Positions 1 to 8,874 of a DNA stretch of 40,933 bases are shown here, piece after piece. Position numbers and translations under genes: made by a program. The first letter of the stretch is position 1, and every line of letters starts with the position of its first letter. The notes below the pieces were generated by a model. The model made no database searches. It worked only from the letters and a program-made list of their open reading frames with translations, and had not been told where the DNA came from. Source of the stretch: Aquincola sp. (GTDB taxonomy: Bacteria; Pseudomonadota; Gammaproteobacteria; Burkholderiales; Burkholderiaceae_C); contig JAOUIM010000001.1 of NCBI GenBank assembly GCA_029884035.1, positions 1 to 40,933 on the forward strand. The letters run 5' to 3'.

Positions 1-110
1 TTGAATGACTGGGCTCAACGAAGCGCGATCGATAGCCTGTCGGCGCGGCGCGCGCTTGCCCCCTTGCTCCCCTGAGCCGGCAAAATCGAGTCACTCGACA
101 AGGAGAATCC

Positions 111-590
111 ATGTCCAAGCTCGTGATGATTCGCAAGTCCCTTCTCGCCGTCGCAGTGCTTTCGCTGACGGGTGTCGCAGCCCAGGCGGCCGACGTTGCC
201 AAGCCTGCCGCGGTTGCCGCGGCGGCCAGCGCGGTCAACGGCGTCAAGCTCGCGACGCTGTGTGCCACCTGCGGCGTCGTTACCGAGGTGAAGAGCGAGA
301 AACGCAAGGGCAAGGCCAGCGGCATGGGCGCGGTGGGGGGCGCCGTGGTCGGCGGCGTGGTGGGCAACAAGATGGGTGACGGCAGCACCGTGGGCACCGT
401 CGGCGGCGCGGCGGTGGGCGGCCTGCTCGGCAACGAAATCGAGAAGCGAACCAAGAGCCACACCGTCTGGGTCACCACAGCAACGATGAAGGACGGCACG
501 GTCAGGAAGTTCGAAGCCGGCGCCGACCCGGGCTGGAAGGCCGGAGCGGTGATCGAAGTCGGTGCCGACGGAAAGCTGACGAAGCGCTAG
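111..590 (+). CDS. Secreted glycine-zipper (Rick_17kDa/SlyB-like) protein with CxxC motif
   Basis: AAGGAG RBS about 7 nt upstream of the ATG. Sec-type signal peptide ending AQA. Motif CATCGVV is followed by G-rich zipper blocks (GAVGGAVVGGVVGN, GGAAVGGLLGN) and a beta-rich tail. Clear paralog of the 20836-21585 gene. Confidence 0.8.
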   Translation: MSKLVMIRKSLLAVAVLSLTGVAAQAADVAKPAAVAAAASAVNGVKLATLCATCGVVTEVKSEKRKGKASGMGAVGGAVVGGVVGNKMGDGSTVGTVGGAAVGGLLGNEIEKRTKSHTVWVTTATMKDGTVRKFEAGADPGWKAGAVIEVGADGKLTKR

Positions 591-606
591 GCGGCCTCGG
601 GCCTGT

Positions 607-2133
607 TCAGGTCACCGGCGCCGGGTTGAACAGCACGAGCGCATTGGCCAGGCGATGCTGCTCGGCCCAGGTGCGCCGGCCGCTCGCCACGTCGAGCAGC
701 AGCCGGAACAGGTCCCAGCCGGCCTCTTCGATCGACTGTGCACCGTCGGCGATGCGGCCCGCATTCATGTCCATCAGGTCGTGCCAGCGCCGCGCCAGGT
801 CGCTGCGCGTGGCGACCTTGACCACCGGGCACGCGGCCAGGCCGTACGGCGTGCCGCGGCCGGTGGTGAAGACATGCAGGTTCATGCCGGCGGCCAGCTG
901 CAGCGTGCCGCAAATGAAGTCCGACGCCGGCGTGGCCGCGAACACCAGGCCGCGCTGATCGCGCGCGAGTTTCTCCCCGGGCGGCAGCACATGCGAGATG
1001 GCCGCGCTGCCGCTCTTGACGACCGAGCCCATCGCCTTCTCGACGATGTTCGACAGGCCGCCGGCCTTGTTGCCCGGCGTGGTGTTGGCGCTGCGGTCGA
1101 CGCCGCCGCGTGCGAGGTAGGTGTCGTACCAGCCGAGTTCGCGCACGATGGCCTCGGCCACGTCGGGGGTCGCCGCGCGCGAGGTCAGCTGCTCGACCGC
1201 GTCGCGCACCTCGGTGTTCTCGCTGAACATCACGGCGGCGCCGGCGCGCACCAGCAGGTCCGTGGCGTAACCCACCGCCGGGTTGGCGGTGGCGCCCGAG
1301 AACGCGTCGCTGCCACCGCATTGCACGCCCACGACGAGTTCGCTCGCAGGCACCGTCTCGCGCCGCCGCGCGTTCAGCCGTTCGAGGTGGTGCTCGGCCG
1401 TCGCGAGGATCGATCCGATCATCGAGTCGAAGCCGACGTGCTGGTCGTCCTGCAGGCGCACCGCGCCGCCGATCGGGATCGTGCCCGGCGGCAGCAGGCG
1501 CTCGGGCTGAAGCTTCTCGCAGCCGAGCGACAACAGCATCACCTCGCCGCCGAAGTTCGGGTTCAGCGCGATGTGGCGCAGCGTGCGGATCGGGATCTCG
1601 GCACCGGGTGCGTCGATGGCCACGCCGCAGCCGTAGGTATGTTCCAGGCCCACCACGCCGTCGACGTTCGGGTAGCGCGGCAACAGCTCGCGGCGGATGC
1701 GATCGACCGCCACGTCGAGCACGCCCGCGACGCACTGCACCGTCGTGCTGATGGCCAGCAGGTTGCGCGTGCCCACCGAGCCGTCGGCATTGCGATAGCC
1801 CTGGAACGTATGGCCCGCCAGTGGCGGCATCGGCGGTGCACGGTGGGTGGCCATCGGCAGGCCGCGCAGTTCGCGCGCAGGCGGCATCTCGAGCAGGCGC
1901 TCGTGGACCCAGCGCCCGGCGGTGATCGGCTCGCGCGCGGTGCCGATCGTCACGCCGTAGCGGCGCACCGGCGTGCCGGCACCGATGTCGACGAGCGACA
2001 CCTTGTGGGCCTGCGGCACGCGCTCGCGCAGCGTCACGCCGCCAGGCAGCACGGTCCCCGCGGGCAGGCCGCCTTCATTGCCGACGATCGCGACGTTGTC
2101 GTCGTCGCGCATGCGGATCAGGACCGGCGTCAC
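607..2133 (-). CDS. UxaA-family sugar-acid dehydratase (altronate/galactarate dehydratase type)
   Basis: SAF-like N-terminus ([14 protein letters not shown]) and a long UxaA/GarD-like body. The ORF is open upstream to 2472, but that stretch overlaps the lactonase gene. I chose GTG 2133; ATG 2112 is the alternative. The start is uncertain. Confidence 0.85.
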   Translation of the reverse strand: MTPVLIRMRDDDNVAIVGNEGGLPAGTVLPGGVTLRERVPQAHKVSLVDIGAGTPVRRYGVTIGTAREPITAGRWVHERLLEMPPARELRGLPMATHRAPPMPPLAGHTFQGYRNADGSVGTRNLLAISTTVQCVAGVLDVAVDRIRRELLPRYPNVDGVVGLEHTYGCGVAIDAPGAEIPIRTLRHIALNPNFGGEVMLLSLGCEKLQPERLLPPGTIPIGGAVRLQDDQHVGFDSMIGSILATAEHHLERLNARRRETVPASELVVGVQCGGSDAFSGATANPAVGYATDLLVRAGAAVMFSENTEVRDAVEQLTSRAATPDVAEAIVRELGWYDTYLARGGVDRSANTTPGNKAGGLSNIVEKAMGSVVKSGSAAISHVLPPGEKLARDQRGLVFAATPASDFICGTLQLAAGMNLHVFTTGRGTPYGLAACPVVKVATRSDLARRWHDLMDMNAGRIADGAQSIEEAGWDLFRLLLDVASGRRTWAEQHRLANALVLFNPAPVT

Positions 2134-2150
2134 CGCGGAGACTTCGCCGC

Positions 2151-3098
2151 TCAGGCGGCACCCTGCACGTTGACGTACAGCGCGTACAGCGAATGGCTGG
2201 CCGCCATGAACAGGCGATTGCGCTTGGCGCCGCCGAAGCACAGGTTGGCGCAGCGCTCGGGCAGGTGGATGTGGCCGAGCGCCTTGCCGGCGGGGTCGAA
2301 GACGCGCACCCCGTCCAGACGTTCCGACGGCACGCGGCCATTGCTGCCCCAGCCGCACCAGATGTGGCCCTCGACGTCGATCGCGATGCCGTCGAGTGCG
2401 CCGCCGTCGGCGGCATCGATCACCAGCCGCTTGTTCGTGAGCGCGCCGTCGGCACCGACGCGATAGGCCCACAGCTTGCGATGCGGCTCGGCCCGGCTCT
2501 CGACCACGTAGAGTTCCGACTCGTCGGGCGAGAACGCGAGACCGTTGGGGCCCTTCAGGTCGGTCAGCACCTGCTGCAGCCCGCCCCCGGGCGCGAGGCG
2601 GTACACCGCGTGGGGCAGCTCCTGCGCCGCCGGCTCGCCCTCCCAGTGGCCCGCGATGCCGAAGCTCGGGTCGGTGAACCAGATCGCGCCGTCCTTTGCG
2701 CAGACGATGTCGTTGGGTGAATTCAGACGCTTGCCGTCGAAGCGGTCAGCGAGCACGGTGACGGAGCCGTCGTATTCGGTGCGCGTGATGCGGCGTGTCA
2801 GGTGCTCGCAGCTGACGAGCCGGCCTTCGCGGTCGCGCGCATGGCCGTTGGCGTTGTTCGATGGCGCGCGAAAGACGCTGGTCGCACCCGAACAATCGTC
2901 CCAGCGCAGGATGCGGTCGTTCGGGATGTCCGACCACAGCAGGTAGCGCCCATCGCCGAACCACACTGGCCCCTCGGCCCAGCGCAGGCCGGTGGCCAGC
3001 TGCTCGACCGAGGCCGAATACAGCCGCAGGCCGAGAAAATTCTCGTTCAGGACCTCGATGGCCGGGTCCGGATAGCGAAGCGAGGGAATGAACGTCAC
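2151..3098 (-). CDS. SMP-30/gluconolactonase/LRE-family lactonase
   Basis: Translation has the typical beta-propeller lactonase signatures ([44 protein letters not shown]). GTG start 12 nt after the dctM stop. Confidence 0.85.
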   Translation of the reverse strand: MTFIPSLRYPDPAIEVLNENFLGLRLYSASVEQLATGLRWAEGPVWFGDGRYLLWSDIPNDRILRWDDCSGATSVFRAPSNNANGHARDREGRLVSCEHLTRRITRTEYDGSVTVLADRFDGKRLNSPNDIVCAKDGAIWFTDPSFGIAGHWEGEPAAQELPHAVYRLAPGGGLQQVLTDLKGPNGLAFSPDESELYVVESRAEPHRKLWAYRVGADGALTNKRLVIDAADGGALDGIAIDVEGHIWCGWGSNGRVPSERLDGVRVFDPAGKALGHIHLPERCANLCFGGAKRNRLFMAASHSLYALYVNVQGAA

Positions 3099-3110
3099 GC
3101 CACGCCCCCG

Positions 3111-4394
3111 TCAGAGACCCATCACCCGCGGCAGCCACACGCTCAGCCACGGCACGTAGGTGACCATCATCAGCACGATGAACAGCGCCACGTAGAACGG
3201 CGTCATGGCCCTGGCCACCACGCCGATCTTCAGCTTGGCGATCGCGCTGCCGACGAACAGCACGCTGCCCACCGGTGGCGTGATCAGTCCCATCCCGAGG
3301 TTGACCATCATGATCATGCCGAAATGCACCGGGTCGACGCCCAGCAGCTTGACCATCGGCAGCAGGATCGGTGTCAGGATGAGGATCAGCGGTGCCATGT
3401 CCATCAGGGTGCCGAGCAGCAGCAGCATGATGTTGATGAGCAGCAGGATCACGTACTTGTTGTCGGACAGGCTGGTGAAGAACGTCGTGACCTTCAGCGG
3501 AATCTGCATCAGCGTCATCAGATAGCCGAAGCAGGCCGCAAAGCCGATCAGGATCATCACGATCGTCACCGTCTTGACGGTGCGGTGCACGAGCTTGGGC
3601 AGGTCGCGCCATTTGTAGTCGCGGTAGACGAACATCGTGACGCCGAAGGCCCAGACGACGGCGATCGACGCGCTCTCGTTGGCCGTGAACACGCCCGACA
3701 GGATGCCGCCGAGGATGATGACCATCGTCATCATTCCCCACAGCGCATCGACGCAGATCTTCAGCGCCTGGCGCAGCGGAATGACCTCGCCCTTGGGATA
3801 GTTCTTCTTGCGGGCGATCATCAGGCACAGGGCGGCAAGCGTCAGCCCCATCAGCAGCCCCGGCAGCACACCCGCCACGAACAGCGCCGCGATGCTCACC
3901 GTGCCGCCCGCGGCCAGCGAATAGATCACCGCGTTGTGGCTCGGCGGGATCAGGATGGCCTGAACCGATCCGCTGCAGGTGACCGCGGTCGCGAACTCGC
4001 GCGGATAGCCGCGCTTCTCCATCTCGGGGATGAGCACCGAGCCGATCGACGCCGTATCGGCCACCGAGGAGCCCGAAATTGCCCCGAAGAAGGTGCTGGC
4101 CATGATGTTGACCAGCGACAGCCCGCCACGCACGAAGCCCACCAGCACACCGGCGAAAGCAACCAGGCGCCGCGCCATGCCGCCCTCGGCCATGATGGCG
4201 CCCGCCAGCACGAAGAACGGGATTGCCAGCAGCGAGAACTTGTTGACGCCGGCGGCCAGTTGGATCATCACCGCGTCGAGCGGGACGTCGATCCACAGCG
4301 CGCCGACCAGGGAAGCCAGGCCGAGCGCGTAGGCGATCGGCATCCCGATCGCCATCAACAGCACGAAACTGCCAAGCAGCACGAAGGCATCCAT
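3111..4394 (-). CDS. dctM: TRAP transporter large permease subunit
   Basis: 427-aa polytopic membrane protein with a typical DctM sequence. Its start overlaps the dctQ stop by 1 nt (TGATG). Confidence 0.9.
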   Translation of the reverse strand: MDAFVLLGSFVLLMAIGMPIAYALGLASLVGALWIDVPLDAVMIQLAAGVNKFSLLAIPFFVLAGAIMAEGGMARRLVAFAGVLVGFVRGGLSLVNIMASTFFGAISGSSVADTASIGSVLIPEMEKRGYPREFATAVTCSGSVQAILIPPSHNAVIYSLAAGGTVSIAALFVAGVLPGLLMGLTLAALCLMIARKKNYPKGEVIPLRQALKICVDALWGMMTMVIILGGILSGVFTANESASIAVVWAFGVTMFVYRDYKWRDLPKLVHRTVKTVTIVMILIGFAACFGYLMTLMQIPLKVTTFFTSLSDNKYVILLLINIMLLLLGTLMDMAPLILILTPILLPMVKLLGVDPVHFGMIMMVNLGMGLITPPVGSVLFVGSAIAKLKIGVVARAMTPFYVALFIVLMMVTYVPWLSVWLPRVMGL

Positions 4395-4924
4395 CAGCGC
4401 GCTCCCTCGGGCGCAGACGCGTTTTCCTCATGGATCACGATCGCGCGCAGGGCCTGCGATCCGTACACCAGGTGCTCGATCACGAACAGCAAGGTGATCG
4501 CACTGCCGATCGGGATCGCGGCGTAGGTGACGCCGACCGGAAGCCAGGGCAATTCGGCGATCGTTTGGCCCATCGTCTCGACGCACAGCCGCGTGCCGTA
4601 GAAGACGACGAACAGGCACACGACGGCCATCAGCCCGTGCACCAACACCTCGCCGGCGCGGTGCAGCGAGGCGGGCAGCCGCTCGGTCAGCATCGTCACC
4701 GCGATGTGCGCGCCGGCGCGGTAGGCCGCCGCAGCGCCGATGAAGGTGAACGACATCATCAGCAGGATCGCGATCGGTTCGGGCCACTGCGACCCCGTTC
4801 CGAGCACGTAGCGGGTGAACACACCCCAGGGAATGATCAGCGACATGAGGGCGATCGCGGCGCCCGCGATCCAGATGCTGGCCAGGTAGATCTGGTCCAT
4901 CAACCGCAGGTAGGGGTGGTCCAT
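4394..4924 (-). CDS. dctQ: TRAP transporter small permease subunit
   Basis: 176-aa protein with 4 TM segments, immediately upstream of and overlapping dctM. Confidence 0.85.
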   Translation of the reverse strand: MDHPYLRLMDQIYLASIWIAGAAIALMSLIIPWGVFTRYVLGTGSQWPEPIAILLMMSFTFIGAAAAYRAGAHIAVTMLTERLPASLHRAGEVLVHGLMAVVCLFVVFYGTRLCVETMGQTIAELPWLPVGVTYAAIPIGSAITLLFVIEHLVYGSQALRAIVIHEENASAPEGAR

Positions 4925-4988
4925 GGCGTGTCCTGGCTTGCCCGGGGGAGTCGAGCCTGCCTGATTCGTCTTGTTGTCGGGGGCTTGG

Positions 4989-5025
4989 GCGGCGAGACGG
5001 CCTGCTCGTGCAGCCGCCTCGCCGC
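4989..5025 (-). other. GC-rich intercistronic stem-loop between dctP and dctQ
   Basis: GCGGCGAG...CTCGCCGC outer arms (8 bp), plus inner CGG/CCG and CTGC/GCAG pairs around a 4-nt loop. No U-tract follows. Confidence 0.5.
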
Positions 5026-5038
5026 AGTCAGGCCTTCC

Positions 5039-6004
5039 TTACTTGACCGCGTCGATGCGCGCCATCAGGTCGGCGTACTGCGCGCCGTACTTGGCGCGCA
5101 CCGGTGCGGTGGCGTCGTACCAGACCTTGTTGTCCATCTCGATGAACTCGACGCCCTCGGCCTTGAGCTTGGCCGTGTAGTCGGCCACCGCCGCGTCCCA
5201 CAGCTTGCGCTGCTCGAACTGCGCCTCGCGTGCGAACTTCTTCACCAGCGCCTGGTCGGCCGGGCTCAGCTTGTCGTAGGTGACCTTCGACATCACCAGG
5301 ATCTCGGGAATGATGAGGTGGTTCGTCTGCGTGTAGTACTTGGCGCCGGCCTTGAAGTGGTTGGCCGTGTACAGGCTCGGCGGATTGTTCTCGGCGCCGT
5401 CGATCACGCCGGTCTGCAGCGCGGTAAAGACCTCGCCATAGCCCATGCTGATGCCGTTGCCGCCCATCGCGTTCATCGTGTCGACGAACAGCGGGTTGCC
5501 CATCATGCGGATCTTCTGGCCCTTCAGGTCGGCCGGGCTGCGCACGGGCTTCTTCGTGTACAGGCTGCGCGAGCCGCCGTCCATCCAGGCCAGGCCGATG
5601 AGCTTGTTCGGCGAGGCACTGACCTTGTCCAGCAGTTCCTGGCCGATCGGTCCGTCGATCACTGCGCGCATGTGGGCGATGTTGCGGAACACGAAGGGCA
5701 TGTTGAACACGTTGACCTCGGGCGTCACCGGGCCGATGGGTCCGAGCGAGGTGCGCAGGATCTGGATTGCGCCGACCTGGGTCTGCTCGATCATGGCCTT
5801 TTCGTCGCCGAGCACGCTGCCCGGGAACATCTGGAACTTGATGCGCCCCTGCGTGGCGGCGTCGAGCTTCTTGCCCATGTTCTCCACCGCGACGACCGTG
5901 GGATAGCCGGGCGGGTGCACATCGGCGGCCTTCATCGTCTGGGCCAGCGCGGGCAGCGCCGCCATGGTGATGGCAAGGGCGATCAAGGTTCGGCGGATGA
6001 TCAT
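5039..6004 (-). CDS. dctP: TRAP transporter substrate-binding protein (probably uronate/aldarate specific)
   Basis: DctP-family sequence with a signal peptide (MIIRRTLIALAITMAALPALAQT). I chose ATG 6004 because it is preceded by AAGGAGA. The listed ORF start at 6058 would overlap udh. Confidence 0.9.
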   Translation of the reverse strand: MIIRRTLIALAITMAALPALAQTMKAADVHPPGYPTVVAVENMGKKLDAATQGRIKFQMFPGSVLGDEKAMIEQTQVGAIQILRTSLGPIGPVTPEVNVFNMPFVFRNIAHMRAVIDGPIGQELLDKVSASPNKLIGLAWMDGGSRSLYTKKPVRSPADLKGQKIRMMGNPLFVDTMNAMGGNGISMGYGEVFTALQTGVIDGAENNPPSLYTANHFKAGAKYYTQTNHLIIPEILVMSKVTYDKLSPADQALVKKFAREAQFEQRKLWDAAVADYTAKLKAEGVEFIEMDNKVWYDATAPVRAKYGAQYADLMARIDAVK

Positions 6005-6035
6005 GAAGGTCTCCTTTGGGGGAAGGGCAGTGGTT

Positions 6036-6854
6036 TCAGAATGGCCCTTGGGTGACAAAGCCGCCGCCCTGGTAGACGGCTGCGGGGTTCTTGCGGTCGA
6101 TCACGGGCTGGCGCGCTTCGACCGCGGCGCGGAATGGCTCGGAACTGTCTTGCGGCAGATAGCCCACGTGGCGGGCGCTCGTGTTATCCCACCAGGTCGT
6201 TCGGTTGTCGCTCACGCCATAGATGATGCTGTGGCCGACGATCGGCGCCGTCAAGGCGGCGACGACCAGCCGCTCCAGGTCGTCGAAGCTCATCCAGGTG
6301 GCCAGCATGCGGCGGTCCTTCGGCTCGGGGAATGACGACCCGATGCGCAGGCTGACGGTCTCGATGCCGTACTTGTCCCAGTACAGCTGCGCCAGGTTCT
6401 CACCGAAGGCCTTGCTCAGGCCGTAGAAGCCGTCGGGCCGCACCGGGTCCTGCGGCGAGACCACCTCGTCCTGGCGGTAGAAGCCGGTCACGTGGTTTGA
6501 ACTCGCGAAGACGATGCGGGGCACCCTGTGCAACCGCGCCGCCTCGTACAAATTGACCATGCCGACGATGTTGCCGGCCAGGATCGGATCCCACGGCTGC
6601 TCGGTGGACACGCCACCCATGTGGACGACCGCGTCGACATCCTGCAGAAGGGCCAACACCTGCGCCTTGTCCTCGAGCGCGGCCAGCACGATTTCCTCGC
6701 CGTCGCCGGCCGGACCGAAGTCGCGCCGGTGCGACAGCCGAAGGGTGTCGCAATAGACCTTCAGGCGCGGGCGCAGTTCTTTTCCCAGATTGCCGGCGGC
6801 TCCGGTGAGCAGCAGGCGGCGGAAGCGGATCGGCGTGGCGGGCTGGGCAAGCAT
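6036..6854 (-). CDS. udh: NAD-dependent uronate dehydrogenase (short-chain epimerase/dehydratase fold)
   Basis: LLLTGAAGNLG Rossmann motif. The stretches IVFASSNHVTGFY, RPDGFYGLSKAFGENLAQLY and SLRIGS..PEP...RMLATWMSFDD closely resemble Agrobacterium/Pseudomonas Udh as I remember it. I chose start ATG 6854, giving 272 aa. Confidence 0.8.
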   Translation of the reverse strand: MLAQPATPIRFRRLLLTGAAGNLGKELRPRLKVYCDTLRLSHRRDFGPAGDGEEIVLAALEDKAQVLALLQDVDAVVHMGGVSTEQPWDPILAGNIVGMVNLYEAARLHRVPRIVFASSNHVTGFYRQDEVVSPQDPVRPDGFYGLSKAFGENLAQLYWDKYGIETVSLRIGSSFPEPKDRRMLATWMSFDDLERLVVAALTAPIVGHSIIYGVSDNRTTWWDNTSARHVGYLPQDSSEPFRAAVEARQPVIDRKNPAAVYQGGGFVTQGPF

Positions 6855-6945
6855 GGTGGTCGGGTCGTTCGGTGGAATCGCCAATGTGCAGGCGGCTTGA
6901 TCAGTCGCGGCGGATGGTGCAACATCCGCCCACCGCAAAGTCATC

Positions 6946-6965
6946 AGTTGTCGTACAACTATAAT
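6946..6965. promoter_or_regulatory. Candidate GntR operator (AGTTGT-CGT-ACAACT) abutting a perfect TATAAT
   Basis: 6+3+6 inverted repeat at 6946-6960 in the udh/gntR divergent region. TATAAT lies at 6960-6965 on the plus strand, and TATAGT lies on the minus strand (plus coordinates 6958-6963). Confidence 0.45.
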
Positions 6966-7021
6966 GATTTACCGAACCACGAACCCCGTCAAGCCATCGC
7001 GCGATAGGGTTTTCCCTCGAT

Positions 7022-7816
7022 ATGACCACCCGCTTGCGCTCTGATCACGCGCCGCGTCGCGCGGCCCCTGTGGCGGCGCGACGGCCGCGCAACCTGGCCC
7101 TCGAGCTGGTCGAGTCGCTCGGCGACCGCATCCGCGACGGGCGCCTCGCGCCGGGTGACAAACTGCCGACGGAGGCGGAGATCATGGCGGTCTACGGCGT
7201 CAGTCGCACGGTGGTGCGCGAGGCGTTGTCCAAGCTGCAGGCTGCTGGGCAGGTGCGCACCCGCCACGGCATCGGTACCTTCGTCGTCGGCGCAGGCGAC
7301 GCGGCGCCGTTTCGCATCACACCCGAGCAGCTGGCCACGCTGCAGGATGTGATCGCGATGCTCGAGTTGCGCATCGGCCTGGAGACGGAGTCCGCGGCCC
7401 TTGCCGCACAGCGGCGCACGGCGCAAAACCTGCGCGAGATGCGCGCCGCGCTCGACGACTTCGCGGCCACGGTGGAGGCCGGGCGCGACGCCGTGGCGGC
7501 CGACGTGCGCTTTCATCTCGAGATCGCGCGCGCGACGCAGAATCCGCATTTTGCCGAGCTGATGGCCGCGCTGGGTTCCGGAATGATCCCTCGCGCGCGG
7601 CTCGACGCATCGCCAACGCCGACACCGCTCACGGACGAACGGCGCGAGTACCTGCGCCGCGTCAACGGCGAGCATGAAAGCATCCTGGATGCCATCGCCA
7701 GGCAAGACAGCGAAGCCGCTCGCGCCGCGATGCTCACCCACCTCGCCAACAGCCGCGAGCGACGGCGGCGCGCAAGCGTTGACCCGGCAGCGGTCGCTGC
7801 GCGCGCGGCCGGCTGA
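7022..7816 (+). CDS. GntR-family (FadR/FCD subfamily) transcriptional regulator
   Basis: N-terminal winged HTH (KLPTEAEIMAVYGVSRTVVREALSKLQAAG) and a C-terminal FCD-like helical domain. Transcribed divergently from the udh operon. Confidence 0.85.
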   Translation: MTTRLRSDHAPRRAAPVAARRPRNLALELVESLGDRIRDGRLAPGDKLPTEAEIMAVYGVSRTVVREALSKLQAAGQVRTRHGIGTFVVGAGDAAPFRITPEQLATLQDVIAMLELRIGLETESAALAAQRRTAQNLREMRAALDDFAATVEAGRDAVAADVRFHLEIARATQNPHFAELMAALGSGMIPRARLDASPTPTPLTDERREYLRRVNGEHESILDAIARQDSEAARAAMLTHLANSRERRRRASVDPAAVAARAAG

Positions 7817-7851
7817 GAAGGCTCGGTCTGGGCTTGCGATCGCCCGGACTA

Positions 7852-7873
7852 TGTTGTACGATGACTGACAACA
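7852..7873. promoter_or_regulatory. Second GTTGT..ACAAC inverted repeat, upstream of the bug-gudD-aldolase genes
   Basis: TGTTGTACGAtgactgACAACA. Shares GTTGTACGA...CAAC with the reverse complement of the 6946-6960 site but has a longer spacer. Located 33 nt upstream of ATG 7906. Confidence 0.4.
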
Positions 7874-7905
7874 ACCCGGGATTTTCCATTGCTCCGGAGC
7901 CCTTC

Positions 7906-8862
7906 ATGAGACGACTCATTCTTGCGATCGCAGCGTCCTTTGCCCTCGCTGCTCCAGCGCTCGCATGGCCCGACAAGACCATCACTTTGGTCGTCCCGTT
8001 CCCGCCGGGCGGGTCGAGCGACACCATCGCACGTGCGCTTGCGCCCAGGATGCAGGACAAGCTCGGCCAGCCGGTGATCATCGATAACAAGGGTGGCGCG
8101 ACCGGGACGATCGGCGCGGGACTGGTCAAGCGCGCGCCGGCCGACGGCTACACGCTGCTGGTGTCGTCACTCGGGCCGTTCGTCATCGCACCACACCTGA
8201 TCAAGGGCGTGCCCTACGACGCGACGAAAGACTTCGACCTGCTGACGGTCGTGGTACAGGCGCCCAATGTCCTCGTCGTGCCGGCGTCGTCGCCCCTGAA
8301 GAGCGTGGCCGAAGTGATCGCCGAGCTGAAAAAGGCCCCGGGGAAGATGACCTTCTGCTCGTCGGGCAATGGCTCGTCGGACCACCTGACCGCCGAACTG
8401 TTCTGGCTTCAAAGCGGCACGTCAGGCAACCACATCCCGTACAAGGGTGGCGGCCCGGCGATGCAGGACCTGCTCGGTGGCCAGATCGACGCCTCGTTCC
8501 AGAACATCAACGCCGTCGTGCAGCACGTGGCGGCGGGCAAGCTGCGCGCACTGGCCGTCACCAGCGCACAGCGATCGCCGCTGCTGCCGCAGGTGCCCAC
8601 GCTGGCCGAGGCGGGTATCAAGGACGTGGACGTCTATTCATGGCAGGCGGTGGCGGCGCCCAAGGGGCTGCCGGCCGACGTCAAGGCCAAGCTGCACGCC
8701 AGCCTGATCGCTGCGCTCAACGACCCCCAGGTCAAGCCGAGGCTGCTCGATCAGGGCTTCGAGATCGTCGGCAACACGCCCGAGCAGTTCGCCGAGTTCC
8801 AGGCGCGCGAGTACGTGCGCTGGAAGCAGCTGATCGAAACACGCAAAATCACGGCCGACTGA
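7906..8862 (+). CDS. Bug-family (TctC-like) tripartite tricarboxylate transporter substrate-binding protein, orphan
   Basis: Signal peptide, then the hallmark WPDKTITLVVPFPPGGSSD and later NHIPYKGGGPA. I chose ATG 7906, which has GGAG upstream. No tctA/tctB gene is adjacent. Confidence 0.9.
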   Translation: MRRLILAIAASFALAAPALAWPDKTITLVVPFPPGGSSDTIARALAPRMQDKLGQPVIIDNKGGATGTIGAGLVKRAPADGYTLLVSSLGPFVIAPHLIKGVPYDATKDFDLLTVVVQAPNVLVVPASSPLKSVAEVIAELKKAPGKMTFCSSGNGSSDHLTAELFWLQSGTSGNHIPYKGGGPAMQDLLGGQIDASFQNINAVVQHVAAGKLRALAVTSAQRSPLLPQVPTLAEAGIKDVDVYSWQAVAAPKGLPADVKAKLHASLIAALNDPQVKPRLLDQGFEIVGNTPEQFAEFQAREYVRWKQLIETRKITAD

Positions 8863-8874
8863 GGGGCGCGCGAC

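Noticed and set aside
655-2466. 603-aa plus-strand ORF, together with similar very long ORFs at 2802-4526, 4430-6055, 8878-10149, 12805-14310, 14851-16287, 16083-17396, 18149-19888, 22936-25497, 33165-35156 and 38735-40600
   Set aside because: All lie antisense to, or out of frame with, genes that have clear family signatures. Their translations are Arg/Ala/Gly/His-rich low-complexity strings, which is typical of shadow ORFs in GC-rich DNA.
2134-2472. 5' extensions of listed ORFs (UxaA to 2472, DctP to 6058, Udh to 6944, ComM to 13398, GFA to 18362, HupE to 25769, TPR to 27250, M16 to 29922, liuE to 32876, liuC to 36578, DUF4126 to 36261)
   Set aside because: The extensions overlap the neighbouring gene, translate to Arg-rich nonsense, and lack an RBS. 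Internal starts with an RBS or start/stop coupling give family-typical lengths.
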